The notes under the pieces are model-generated. The model saw only the letters and a program-made list of their open reading frames with translations, was not told where the DNA came from and made no database searches. DNA of 64,000 bases from Octopus vulgaris (lineage: Eukaryota), in assembly GCA_951406725.2 (NCBI GenBank), contig OX597817.1, positions 154,876,001 to 154,940,000 on the forward strand, written 5' to 3'. This document shows, piece by piece, positions 1-13,156 of the stretch (the stretch's first letter is position 1; each line of letters opens with the position of its first letter). The translations under genes were made by a program, and so were the position numbers.

Positions 1-551
1 CATGTTAAATTATGTATGTTCTATACATTGGCCATGTTAAATTATGTATGTTCTATACATTGGTCATGTTAAATTATGTATGTTCTATACATTGGCCATG
101 TTAAATTATGTATGTTCTATACATTGGTCATGTTAAATTATGTATGTTCTATACATTGGTCATGTTAAATTATGTATGTTCTATACATTGGCCATGTTAA
201 ATTATGTATGTTCTATACATTGGCCATGTTAAATTATGTATGTTCTATACATTGGCCATGTTAAATTATGTACGTTCTATACATTGGCCATGTTAAATTA
301 TGTACGTTCTATACATTGGCCATGTTAAATTATGTATGTTCTATACATTGGCCATGTTAAATTATGTATGTTCTATACATTGGTCATGTTAAATTATGTA
401 TGTTCTATACATTGGCCATGTTAAATTATGTATGTTCTATACATTGGCCATGTTAAATTATGTATGTTCTATACATTGGCCATGTTAAATTATGTATGTT
501 CTATACATTGGTCATGTTAAATTATGTATGTTCTATACATTGGCCATGTTA
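1..551. repeat. 32-bp tandem minisatellite, 17+ copies, runs off the window start
   Basis: Unit CATGTTAAATTATGTATGTTCTATACATTGG(C/T) repeats head-to-tail with period 32; no spacers; internal ATGTAT/ATACAT inverted repeat. Confidence 0.97.
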
Positions 552-799
552 CGTGCACTGCTGTCGCAATTAACTTTCATTTTTATACAACGGTAACCTG
601 AATGTTAGGTATTCTTTGGATTTCATTTTTAAGCATCTTTTGTAATGAAAATCCTAAGATTTGTCTAAAATGAGATTTCATTGCGTTTATATTTACAAAT
701 AGTGGTGTTATTGTTTTGAGTTCATACACGAATTATATTGGATGGTAAGTTTGGAGATGGGATTATTTTTCAAAATATTTCAATCCACTTGACTGTTCC

Positions 800-1200
800 T
801 GTGTGTCCTTCATAAGGAACACGCGATCTTTTCGCTTTGACCGGCAGATTTTTAAAATAATTTATCGACATATCGAATATAGATAATTTAGTTTTCAGAG
901 AGAACTTGATTTCAATATGAGCCATATAGAACACGGCAGCGAAATTGCCCACCCTTTTCCTTAAACCTAACATACTTTTAACATATTTCTTTCTACGATC
1001 ACCAAATGACATCCCCATTCAGTCTGCACATCCCATTGCACACCGCCAATATTGTCTCGAGTAAAGTACCCATTGCTTCTCCTTCCAACTCGATATAAAG
1101 CTTGCATTGTGGGCAATAGAAATTAACTTTAGTTGTACATATATAATCTATTTGGTCCATCTCAATCTCGATCGTTTTTCTTTAACTCTCATGGAATATT
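800..1200 (-). pseudogene. Decayed Penelope-like (PLE) reverse transcriptase fragment
   Basis: Manual minus-strand translation across frameshifts: NIP...CTTKVNFYCPQCKLYIELEGEAMGTLLETILA...FYMAHIE/NQVLSEN*IIYIRYVDKLF, matching PLE RT motifs G-x-AMG and RYVDD. Confidence 0.55.
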
Positions 1201-2534
1201 AATCTTTGTTTCTTCTCTTTCATTATAAGTCTCTTCTTTAACTTTCTCCCTCTCTTTTTTTTTTTTTCTGATAGGTACATTTATTTTTCTGCCCTTTTCG
1301 TCTCTTCATGTTTAACCTCCTTTTCTCCTGATGTTCTCCTTCCTCAATCTCTATTTCTCTATTAATAATAAATCCTTACAAATTTTCATGTTCTCTATTT
1401 CTTTTCGTCTTTCCCACTTAAGTGATTTCCTCCGCGAGTCCTATCGATTTTCTCAAACTAGTTTTTATTTTATTTTATTTTTCTCGTATCTTCTCTATTC
1501 GTCTCAGATAACCTTTATTTTATTTAGTCATCTCAGTACTTGGTTTCATTTACTCTTTTCTCTGTATTCTCCTCCTTTATTACCTCTCCACATCTTCCAT
1601 TTTTATCCTACCCCCTATTTTGTACACCAGGAAGTTTTTTGGCTAAATCTCTATTTAAAGAAATATGTCTTGTTTTTAGGTACAACATGAAACTGAAACT
1701 TTCTGAGTTATAAAACCCTTCACTTTACTTCCGCCCCTTGTGCTGGAACATAAGGTTCTAATAAATTCGAACAATCGTTCACAGACGTTTCCTTTCTGTT
1801 TGGAAGTTAATTAAGTTTTCTCCCTTCCGCTAATAGCCCTCTCCATTTCCGTCTTGCACCCTCTCCCTTTCTCTCCAAACACTAGTCCTGTTTTCCCCCC
1901 ACCTCACGTCCAGCTCTTTCTCTCACTCTTCTCGCTCCTAACTTTCTCTTTGTCTCCTTCTCTTGCTCTCTCTCAGTTTGCTTTCACTATCCCTTCTATC
2001 TCTAAGTCTCAAGTTTTCTCTCTCTCTCCCAACGAACTTTCTTATACACTTCAATAAAACCTACAAATGGCTTCATGCCACCCACCCTTTCTACAATGAC
2101 CCTGTTGACGTGGTAATGAAACTCCCACCCTTTTCCCTACCTCAATGGACTCCGTTGATGTCTCAATGAAACTTTATAGTCTTCATGATAAAAATCTTAC
2201 AAAGAACTTAGTTTACAACATAGGGTAGCCTTTTTCTTCCCCCCCCCCTTTTATTGTGGAATGCTAATGGATGGAGGATCTGGGTTGTGACTGAAGGCAG
2301 AATTTGTGGAACACTGACACCTACCACCACTTACCTTTCTACCTACTTACCTACCTACTTATCTCTCTCTCTCTCTCTCTCTCTCTGACACATACATACA
2401 TATAATTAGAGAATATGTTAACCTTGTGAAGGGATGGTTACATCCAAGGAAATACTGGTTCAATACCTAGTATTGTTGGAGAATGAAACTCCCTTAAAAC
2501 AATAGGTATATATTAAGCATATAGTTTATATCCA

Positions 2535-2699
2535 GGCATAGGAGTGGCTGTGTGGTAAGTAGCTTGCTTACCAACCACATGGTTCCAGGTTCAGTCCCAC
2601 TGCGTGGCAACTTGGGCAAGTGTTTTCTATTGTGGCCTCGGGCCGACCAAAGCCTTTTGAGTGGATTTGGTAAACGGAAACTGAAAGAAGCCCGTCGTA

Positions 2700-2750
<51 letters not shown>

Positions 2751-2957
2751 TGTGTATGTTTGTGTGTCTGTGTTTGTTCCCCGAACATCGCTTGACAACC
2801 GATGCTGGTGTGCTTACATCCCTGTAACTTAGCGGCTTGGCAAATAAGTACCAGGCTTACAAAGAATAAGTCCTGGGGTTGATTTGCTCGACTAAAGGCG
2901 ATGCTCCAGCATGGCCACAGTCAAAATGACTGAAACAAGTAAAAGAGTAAAAAGAGT
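2535..2957 (+). mobile_element. tRNA-derived SINE family A, full length
   Basis: A-box TGGCTGTGTGG, B-box GGTTCAGTCCC, CTTGGGCAAGT motif, internal (TA)n(TG)n, tail GTAAAAGAGTAAA; many copies in window. Confidence 0.92.
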
Positions 2958-3215
2958 TAAATGAATAAAAGAAAATGGAGATAAGGAAGTTAACAATTAT
3001 CTATTATTAACAAATTGGTCATCTTCACTTCTTACAGCTGTTTCAATTTATACTCAATAATTTAATTACAAATTTGTACATTAATTTAGTCTGCTGAAAT
3101 GAACTGATAGGTCCACATATAACATCACAAAGTACATCTTTTTCTCTGATGAAATTATGCTCATGTCACATAAATGCAACCTAATGTTACATGTTTTTCT
3201 CTTATATAATACTGG

Positions 3216-3575
3216 GGAAGCACTCCGTCGGTTACGACAACGAGGGTTCTGGTTGATCCGATCAACGGAACAGCCTGCTCATGAAATTAACGTGTAAGTG
3301 GCTGAGCACTCCACAGACACGTGTACCCTTAACGTAGTTCTCGGGGATATTCAGCGTGACACAGAGAGTGACAAGGCCGGCCCTTTGAAATACAGGTACA
3401 ACAGAAACAGGAAGTAAGAGTGAGAGAAAGTTGTGGTGAAAGAGTACAGCAGGGGTCACCACCACCACCCCCTGCCGGAGCCTCGTGGAATTTTAGGTGT
3501 TTTCGTTCAATAAACACTCACAACACCCGGTCTGGGAATCGAAACCGCGATCCTACGACCGCGAGTCCGCTGCCC
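3216..3575 (-). mobile_element. tRNA-derived SINE family C, 5'-truncated
   Basis: Near-identical reverse complement of 30153-30523 and 49858-50232. Confidence 0.9.
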
Positions 3576-3644
3576 ACAGAGGGCCACACATAGAGGGGGC
3601 AAACACTGGGCCACACTGGGCCACACATAAAGGACAAGTAAACC

Positions 3645-4080
3645 TAACTGACACGACACAGCATTTGTAATTTCATTGGACTATTACTTACTGTTGCCTT
3701 GCTTTCCATTCCTGTTATATAGTGACAGAATTTCAAGGCTAACACTGACAGGACAACATTTGTAATTTCATTTCACTATTACTTACTGATATTCCTAATT
3801 AAAAAAATGTATACTAAAAAAAGACTGTTAACAGACGAACACCAAAACAAACGCATGATGTGCAATGCTTTTTCTATATCTCCTATGATTCTGTTGCCTA
3901 ATTTGTCTCAACAAAAATTATGCAATGGTACAACACTGACACATTGTTGTGCACTGACACATTTGTAATTTCATTTCACTAATACTTACTGAAGTTCCTA
4001 ATCAAAAAAAAAATGTCTACTAAAAAATGACCATCAAAAAACGAACACCAAACACACGATGTGCAATGCTTTTGCTATAT
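3645..4080. repeat. Degenerate local tandem duplication, about 205-bp period
   Basis: CATTTGTAATTTCATT occurs three times; ACGAACACCAAA...GATGTGCAATGCTTTT occurs twice. Confidence 0.75.
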
Positions 4081-4562
4081 GAACTGTGATGTTCCACTTG
4101 ACCTGCAGCTTTTTCAGTGCCATTGGAGTCAACTGGATTCTGTAAAGTTATTCTTCTGTATTTTACTAGCTTCTTGGCCTCAGAAACAGCGAAAGTAATT
4201 ACCTGATCAGCGACAGGTATATGATTATATATATAATATATAATTTCAAGTGTATACCATTAGAAATGTAATTTAAAGTGTATTCCATTAGGAATGTATT
4301 AAAGTACAAAATAGAACTCCTTCACCCTTAGAATTGCTAAACAGCTGGTAGTATTCCAAGTCTAGGCTTAGCCATTCATTGTGTGTGAAAAATAAAAATT
4401 GAAGAGTCAAAAGGAAGGAGTATGTTTAGACAGCTATTTAAAACACTACACATATATTTTGATACAACATAGACCCACATGTACACATGATTTAAATTCA
4501 GCAATGGTTTACCTGTATAATGGGATCTAGTTGTATCTCCTCAGGTGATATATACATACATA

Positions 4563-4610
<48 letters not shown>

Positions 4611-4614
4611 AAAC

Positions 4615-4800
4615 TGCTTGACTGGCCCTCATGCCGTTGGCATGTAAAAGCACCCACTACACTCTCGGAGTGGTTGGAATTAGGAAGGGCATCCATCTGT
4701 AGAAATTTTGCCAGATCAGATTGAGCCTGGTGCAGCCTTCTGGCTCACCAGTCCTCAATCAAACCGTCCAACCCATGCCAGCATGTAAAGCAGATGATGA

Positions 4801-4803
<3 letters not shown>
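4615..4803 (+). mobile_element. SINE-like family D
   Basis: GCACCCACTACACTC..GGAGTGGTTGG..TTAGGAAGGGCATCC core and (GAT)n tail. Confidence 0.85.
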
Positions 4804-4835
<32 letters not shown>

Positions 4836-4936
4836 GGCAAGCTTCCTTACAGTTTCTGTCTCTGAAGTAGAGCTATTTTCAAAGGAGGTAGCAATTCTTT
4901 TCCTATATGTATAGTTACATTGCACATTGTGCCCTC

Positions 4937-4978
<42 letters not shown>

Positions 4979-5470
4979 TGGGAGGCTATAGGATATTGTT
5001 TCTAACACATTGAGCAATTCTAAAGAGGCTTTCTTGCTATGAAGGAAGGGATGGTGTTTAGAAATGTGACATGGTTGTGGTACAGTGTATTTGTGGTGTC
5101 TGCTATAAAATATATTTTGGTTGTTCCACCAATAATTGTTTTCTTTGGGGTCTCATTGACATTTGTATATATGTTTGTGTTTGGGTGTGTTGAAATGAGT
5201 TTGCATGTTTGTGTGTTATGTCTTGGTGTTTCTGTCTGTGTGTATGTGTTGATGTTTGTGTTATTAATTGTTTTGCAATTAACTAGTTTGGATAGCAGAT
5301 CATTCAAGCACACATATGAGATATGAAGTTCAGTGGTGAAGAATTGTGCTAGAGTGTACCAGTGCTGGAATAAAAATAGGTGAGTACTTAGACAGAAGTC
5401 AGGTGGCAGTAAATACATAGGAGTCAGTAAGTTCAGAGGAAAACAACGCTGTGTAGTTGTAATGGTGTTT

Positions 5471-5511
<41 letters not shown>

Positions 5512-5969
5512 AAAGACACAGCATAACAGTGGATCACTAGCTGTATGTTAAGAATGAAATTTTCTTGGATGAAGTTTTGAGAAAATATGTGCTGTCCTAA
5601 ATATGTGAACAGTAAAATATAATAACTGCGTCCTCTTATGTCCCTGAAGAGGTGCCTTTTAAAGACCATTTTTTAGGTCTAGTTGTAGAGTGTAAAGTAG
5701 AGGAGACAAAAATTACCTCCTTGATGAAGAGAATAGTATATCTTTTGGTTAAAAGGAAAAAAAAAGATTAGAATCTAAGTAAATGCCTATATCAGCAAAA
5801 ACAGTGAAATTTGTAAAACATGACTTCCTGTGCCTGGGGCAGAAATAAGTTCTCTAGTTTCAAGCAATATGCGTCTTTGAAAAATAATGAAATAGTATAG
5901 TGTCATACACCTAATTGGAGTAGGAGGGTAGTTGCTAAAAATACAGGAAGTTGAAATATTGGTTTGAAA

Positions 5970-6160
5970 TGTTGGCACAAAGCCTGTGCTTTCATGAGAG
6001 GGGCTAAGATGATTAAATCAGCTGGTACTTATTTTATTGATCCTGAAAGGATGAAAGGCAAGACTGACCTTGGTGGAATTTGAACTCAGAACCTAAAGAT
6101 GGATGAAATGTCATTGGGCATTTTGCCCGGCATGCTAACAATTCTGCCAGCTCACCACTT
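5970..6160 (-). mobile_element. SINE family B, diverged
   Basis: Reverse complement of CTGAGTTCAAATTCC...GCCTTTCATCCTTTC...AAGTACCAG. Confidence 0.8.
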
Positions 6161-6190
6161 TAAAGAGAGTAGAAATATTAACATAACAGT

Positions 6191-6554
6191 GGCGCAGGAG
6201 TGGCTGTGTGGTAAGTAGCTTGCTAACCAACCACATGGTTCCGGGTTCAGTCCCACTGTGTGGCATCTTGGGCAAGTGTCTTCTACTGTAGCCTCGGGCT
6301 GACCAAAGCCTTGTGAGTGGATTTGGTAGACGGAAACTGAAAGAAGCCTGTCGTATATATATATATATATATATATGTGTGTCTGTGTTTGTCCCCCTAG
6401 CATTGCTTGACAACCAATGCTGGTGTGTTTACGTCCCCGTCACTTAGCGGTTCGGCAAAAGGGACCGATAGAATAAGTACTGGGGTCGATTTGCTCAACT
6501 AAAGGCGGTGCTCCAGCATGGCTGCAGTCAAATGACTGAAACAAGTAAAAGAGT
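6191..6554 (+). mobile_element. SINE family A, full length
   Basis: Same head, body and tail as other family A copies. Confidence 0.92.
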
Positions 6555-6799
6555 ATAAATTTTGTGAATGTTAGAGCAGGTCTATGTTGAAGAGAAAAAA
6601 AACCCTTATAAAATACAATAGGTTTGTATGCCATGAGAAGAGGTGAAATTCATCAACTTTCTTGAAGAACCTGACCTGAAATCTCTCCTCACAAATTTTT
6701 TTACTCATTCTCATTTGTCAGGTCTTACCAGTTTGTCACAGCTTTGTGAATTATGGCAATATCAAATTTAAAAGTTCTTCCTGGAAACAAAATTATATA

Positions 6800-6968
6800 C
6801 CGATGCTGGTGTGTTTACATCCCCGTCACTTAGCGGTTCGGCAAAAGAGGCCGATAGAATAAGTACTGGGCTTACAAAGAATAAGTCCCGGGTTCGATTT
6901 GCTCGACTAAAGGCGGTGCTCCAGCATGGCCACAGTCAAATGACTGAAACAAGTAAAGAGTAAAGAGT
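6800..6968 (+). mobile_element. SINE family A, 3' half
   Basis: CCGATGCTGGTGTGTTTAC...GACTGAAACAAGTAAAGAG. Confidence 0.88.
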
Positions 6969-7381
6969 ACCTGCTATACATCTGAAATTTCAATCCAAGA
7001 TTAGGTAGTTGAAAACTTCATTGAGCCAACCATCTATATTCCCTTATAGTACATTTTAGAGTATATCTGGCCTTCATAAAGAGTTAATTGTTGTTCCAAG
7101 CAAAAGTTTATATTAATTCTTTGGAGGAAACCTAACCCCAGTTATGTGGGGTTGGGCTTGATGGCATCATGTGATCATGTGTGTACTTGTGTTTTAGATC
7201 TGTTGTGCATGTTGCTTAATTAGGGTGTGTATATATTGGTATAGATATATTTATATAGGAAGAGCTATATATTTGGGTGTGCGTTTAATAGATATGGTTA
7301 TATGTTGTGTTAGAGTTTATGCTTTGTTCTGTGTGAAGAGGTCATATTACCTATCCATTTCACCATCTACTTCGCTATATC

Positions 7382-7428
<47 letters not shown>

Positions 7429-7639
7429 TTATCATCATCGTCATCATCATTTAATGTCCACTCTCCATGCTGGGGCATGAATTGGGCGGTTTAACACGGA
7501 GATGGCTAGCAGGGAGCTGTCCAGACTCCAACTGACTGTTGCAGATTGGTTTCTATATCTCTGTATACACAAATGTTTTTGGTTTAAGAAACAAATATAA
7601 AAGTATTTAATATATTTCATAGTATATATTTACTTATGG

Positions 7640-7890
7640 GAAGGTGTGTTGCACTCACAACTGCTAGATTATGAGTTCAATTCCCAGATCAAGCACTGTG
7701 TTGTGTTCTTGAGCAAAACATTTCATTTCACATTGTTTCAGTTTATTCAGCTGTAAATGGGTAACCCTGTGGCAGAATAGTCTGCTCACCTAGCCAGTGA
7801 GGAGGCATCATCCAAAGCTAAAACAATGCAAAGTGCATTGTGACCAGTGATATGTGACAATATCCAATAATCTGGTCAATGTCATGATAC
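7640..7890 (+). mobile_element. Old tRNA-SINE with family G-like head and the tail seen at 54917-55030
   Basis: GAGTTCAATTCCC B-box; TTGTGTTCTTGAGCAAAACA shared with 34668-34915; GCTAAAACAATGCAAA.GCATTGTGACCAG tail. Confidence 0.7.
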
Positions 7891-8140
7891 TGATATTTAT
7901 TTGTATGACGCTAGAGATCTTCACCGTCACTACTTGGTTTCCTGCTCAAGACACCAAGTAAGATTCTCTCTCATCAGCAACTGAGTGACTCATCAGCTTC
8001 CACCCCCTCACCCACCCCCACACACATTTACATTCATATACACACATAGAAACACCTGTCATAAACGAACTCAGTAAAAAATGGACTAAAAACTTACACT
8101 GATATTGCCTTTGATTCCATAGAATAACACAGTCTTAGAG

Positions 8141-8550
8141 CATGTACATATGTACATACATGCATACGTACATACATGCATATGTACATACATACGTACA
8201 TACATACATACGTATATACATGCATACGTACATACATACGTACATACATCATCATCGTTTAACGTCCATTCTCCATGCTAGCATGGGTTGGACGGTTCGA
8301 CCGGGGATCTGGGAAGCCAGAAGGCTGCACCATGCCCAGTCTTATCTGGCAATGTTTCTACAGCTGGATGCCCTTCCTAACGCCAACCACTCCGTGAGTG
8401 TAGTGGGTGCTTTTTACGTGCCACCCGTATACGTACATACATATGTACATACATACATATGTACATACATGCATACGTACATACATGCATACGTACATAC
8501 ATGCATACATGCATACATGCATAAGTACATACATATGTACATATACATAC
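8141..8550. repeat. (ACAT/ACGT)n microsatellite with a minus-strand family D element inserted at 8248-8427
   Basis: Direct reading; TACGTACATACAT flanks both sides of the insert. Confidence 0.88.
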
Positions 8551-8921
8551 AAAAATACCCTGTTGTTGATTTTGAAATTCCAATGAAGGAGCCTTGGGAT
8601 CTAGGTTAGAAACTGGCTCTTTCTCTACTGGACAGAGATTTTGAAATAAAACTGAACAATGGCATGTGTGTGTGTACATATGTATGTATGTATGTATCCA
8701 TCCATCCTGTACCTATGAAAATTTGCATGGTATGCATATTGGTATAGTCATTACAGCTAAGTTCAGGTTTATGTTTAATTTAAATAGCAATTACTGTAAG
8801 TTCTCTTTGTGGACAAAAGGATGAGGGGATATCTGTTCACTGGTGGCCAATGAATCATGAAGCATATCAGTAGAATGCCTTTTATTTTTCTGTGATTGAA
8901 AAGCATATCAGTTTAAAGTTT

Positions 8922-9129
8922 TAGTTAGTTAGTTAATTTGGCTCAAAAGCAAATAGCAAGGCTATGTAGGAGGACATGGAGTTAAGTACAGGGTGGTGTT
9001 CATGTAAAGAGTTCAGGCCACTTGAGGTCCAGGGAGGCTTTGAACAAAGCGGTCGTCGGCATCTTTACCATCTCGTCTGGCAGCTTGTTCCACGGATCCG
9101 CAACCCGGACGGAGAAAGCTCCTCTCCTT
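8922..9129 (-). mobile_element. CR1-clade LINE 3' end
   Basis: Minus strand reads RRGAFSVRVADPWNKLPDEMVKMPTTALFKASLDLKWPELFT*, a typical CR1 ORF2 C-terminus, then a short UTR and (TAAC)n tail. Confidence 0.85.
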
Positions 9130-9372
9130 ACAACAATAACTTTAAAAACTCTAGTTTAACCGCTTTGAACTTGCGTGCAAATATATAAATCTAAACTAAG
9201 TCTTGAGAAGGAGTGTTGAACACTTGAAAATATCATTTTTGAAAATTGTTGTGCAATTGCCAAAAATAGATCTGAGAAACTGGAAATTACAATTGAAAAT
9301 TATTAAATCATTAATTATTGTCAAGTACTAAAATGATATGTTTGAAAGAAGAGCTATTCCCTTTATGCATGT

Positions 9373-9406
<34 letters not shown>

Positions 9407-11610
9407 GAGGATGAAGAAAGGAGAGTAAATTGTAACTTACTGAGAGAATCACAAGACCTTTAGAATAAATCACGATGTTTGGAAGTTGTACCAAAACTCA
9501 ATAGTATACACCCATTTATTGTATTAGTGACAGCCAGCAGAAATCTGTGTGTGATACAGTGATGCAGTAATACATGTGCATGCTCATAATCATATATGTA
9601 TGCACATGCATACATATACATTTCTCTCTCAAAGACTTGTCACTCTTAAAAGCCAACGTTTCCAATTTGATGTCAGACTGGTGCACGATGAAGATATCTG
9701 ATGTGTAGAAGTGTGTCAGTGTCTTATCATGCCCCAGTAGTGGCTAATTATTTTAAATTACTTCAGACTGTAATCACTAACAATTAACTACAGAGTTGAA
9801 TGTAATTCTCCTCTTTAGCTATTTTCGGAGTTAGATGCTGAAATGATTTTTACAGAATTAGTTGCTATATTGTATTTGTATATGTCATTTAATGTCTTTG
9901 AGAAAGGTATGAACATCATTCTTCTCCATTTTTTTGTAATTCTTCTACAAATATCTCACAAATTTCTACTTATGTAAGAAATTGTATGTACGTGTGTGTG
10001 TTGTATGCATGTGGACATATGTATATCTGTGCAAGCTTGCATTTATGCAAGTGTACATATATGCATTAGTACTTGCATGCATGTATATGGTGTGTACATG
10101 TGTATTTGCATGGTTGGGCAACCGTTTGTTTGTGTATGTGTGCACGGATATCAGTGCAGGTATGTATGTGTGTATTGCAATTTAACGAGTTGACAGCTAA
10201 GGTTTCCCACTTCTCAAATATGTTTGTCACTTAAGATGTGAAACCTTACATAACAACTGCTAGTTATTATACATACATGTACAGGCACACATGTGTGTGT
10301 TTGTGTGTGTGTACACATAAATTTTGCTAGTCAGTGCATCTACTTGAGTAACATAGACTTTAGTAGGGGCTACATCCAAATCTCTCATAAGTAATATCCC
10401 TTCCCATGAAGTATGTATCTGTGTGTATATGCATTTATATATGTATGTATATAGAAACCTGTGTGTGAGTGAGTGAGAGAGAGAGAGATTTCTGAACTGT
10501 AGAGGGTTAAAACTTGCTAAGAATGCACAATAGCTGAATGGCTAAATGTTGAGCATTTTTTTTTTTTCCCTTTTTTTTTTTTTTTGACATATCCCTTGTG
10601 AGTCAGGGTTTCCTGTCGGTGACCTTCGTCCAACCATTATTTGAAAATAACTCCAGTGTGAAAACCTGTGAGTCATAATAAACAAACACTGCATGTGGCC
10701 ATCGATGCAAAATATTACAATGAAAATTACTATAGTTGTATAAACCCTACAAGCAACAACCCCTAATAACTACAACAATACCATCTACAACTCCTTCATT
10801 TTCCCCTACTACCAACTACAACACAATTATTTCTTTTCCCCTGCCACTTCACCAACACCACATCAACCAAAGCTGACATCCTCAACCTCAGTAATAATTT
10901 CTCCATTGTTTAAAGGTATATGATCAGAATCGAGGTAGAATTATTGTCAGATTTAATCGATCCCGGAACTCTATGTAACTAACTAAATGTTACATTGTAC
11001 CAATTCTGCATCAGCTACCATTAGTAATAGAAACAGTGATTTGTAACAAAAGCATAAAGCTTACACATCCGCTTTCACATCTCTGTTTTGTGGTGAATTA
11101 ATTCACCACAGAACAGAGATTTGGGGCATGTAATTAAATAGTATGAAGTGATTTATCTAGCACTTAACTGATTTTGCTATCCGTTACTCTAATGATTTTT
11201 TTGCCCCCTTTTCTGCTACATATAGGCAGAAGACCTGAAATTTTGGGGTAGTTGGGGCTAGTCAATTATATTTGCCTCAGTGCTTGACTGGTACTTACTT
11301 TATCAACTCTGAAAGGGGGGAAAGCTAAAAGTAAAAAAAAGACTTTGGTGGAATTTGAACTCACCAATGTCTTAGAAATACCTTACAATCTTGGGGTATT
11401 GAAAAAAAATCAGCTTTACTTAGAACTACATGCATACTGTATAAAGTATTATCTGTCTGAAGTCCTTGTTGTGACTTGACATAGAGTACAAATCCCCATT
11501 ACACGTAATATCTTCCATCTTTCAACTTTGGATATTGTGCAACATCTTCAGTAATAATAATAATAACAATAATAATAGTAATAATTATAATAATGGTTGA
11601 TGATGGGTGA

Positions 11611-11996
11611 TGGAAGTACTCCATCGGTTACGACGATGAGGGTTCCGGTTGATCCGATCAACGGAACAGCCTGCTCGTGAAATTAACGTGTAAGTGGCTG
11701 AGCACTCCACAGACACGTGTACCCATAACGTAGTTCTCGGGGATATTCAGCGTGACACAGAGAGTGCCAAGGCCGGCCCTTTGAAATACAGGTACAACAG
11801 AAACAGGAAGTAAGAGTGAGAGAAAGTTGTGGTGAAAGAGTACAGCAGGGATCACCGCCATCCCCTGCCGGAGCCTCGTGGAGCTTTAGGTGTTTTTGCT
11901 CAATAAACATACACAACGCCCGTTCTGGGAATCGAAACCGCGATCCTCCAACCGCGTGTCCGCTGCCCTAACCACTGGGCCATTGCGCCTCCTCCA
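11611..11996 (-). mobile_element. SINE family C, full length
   Basis: tRNA-like head GGAGGCGCAATGGCCCAGTGGTTAGGGCAGCGG; AATGGTTGATGA duplicated on both flanks (TSD). Confidence 0.92.
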
Positions 11997-11999
11997 CGC

Positions 12000-12267
12000 A
12001 ATGGTTGATGAAAAAGGTAGTAGTAGTACCAATAATTGTTGGAGCCCTGTTCCCAAGGCTTCAAGAAGTACATGGAACAAGTAGGGGCTGCAATAAGCAT
12101 GGGGTACTTGAGGAAAGCAGTACTACTTAGAACCGCTTGAATACTCCGGATGGTGCTCGAAAAATTATGGGGTGTTACCTAAGTTCACTGGTGGTGAACA
12201 GCTGGCACCATAGTACATCTCCAGTGTTAGAAGCTGTGCAAAGACAATAAATAATAATAATAATAAT
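12000..12267 (+). mobile_element. R4/Dong-clade (RLE) LINE 3' end
   Basis: Reads WLMKKVVVVPIIVGAL...FKKYMEQVGAAISMGYLRKAVLLRTA*ILRMVLE; flanked by (TAA)n. Confidence 0.75.
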
Positions 12268-13122
12268 CCTTTCTACTATAGGCACAAGGCCTGGAATGTT
12301 AGAGAGGGTGATAGTCAATTATATTGACCCAATACTTAACTGGTACATATTTCATTGACCTCAATAGGATGAAAAGCAAAGTCAACCTTGGCAGTGATGG
12401 TGGTGGTGGTAGTGGTGGGGCATGGCATTCTGCTTAAGAAGTTTGCTTCACAATCAAGAGGCCACAGGTTCAATCCCACTGCGCAGCATTTTGAGCAAAT
12501 GTTTTTTTTACTATAACCTTGTGAGTAAAGTTGGATAGATAAAAACTATGTAAGAAGCCCTTTAGTTGGATTATGCCTGTATTCCAAAGGTTTAGCATTG
12601 TCACATTTTGTGTCACACTGATTTGACTTGTGAATTACAATAAATAGTTTAAAAGTTATTTGCACAAAATTCCATTAAAATGTACCCATTTTTTTTGAAA
12701 GCTATGAGGAAACAAAGATGTCTTGGGTGAATTTTCCAGAACTCCTTTCCCCACCCTTAGAAAAACTTTTTTGCCACAAATTCCAATATAATTGGAATCT
12801 ATACCATCTGAAGCATATTTGTAGAAACTTTCATTATAAAATATGCATTTTTCTGAAAGTTATAAAGAAACAAAGTTGGCAGGGATATGCTTGTGTAAGT
12901 ATGCCTAATAGTATGTACCCATGTCTGTAGAATACTTAGCCATTTTACATGTTAATTTAATGATTATGTAGTTCAGTTGAATGGTTATCATTGAAACCAG
13001 TAAATTGGTATTTCATTTTATCAATTCCCAAAAGAATGAATGACAAATTTGACCTCAGTGGAACCCGGATTCATAATATACAGAGCCGGAACAAATACTG
13101 CCTCTTTTTCCCAATGTTGTTG

Positions 13123-13156
<34 letters not shown>

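Noticed and set aside
1-551. CRISPR-like 32-bp palindromic repeats
   Set aside because: Units abut with no unique spacers, no cas genes, eukaryotic context
2990-3200. Hammerhead from CTGATGA (3146) and GAAACAGCTGTA (minus strand, about 3040)
   Set aside because: Motifs are on opposite strands and no stem II can be built
5580-5900. Chain of small minus-strand exons
   Set aside because: Implied introns of about 40 nt are implausible, and such signals arise by chance in AT-rich DNA
10590-10680. Paired AP-1 sites (TGAGTCA) as an enhancer
   Set aside because: The 7-mer occurs roughly as often across the window as composition would predict; no other support
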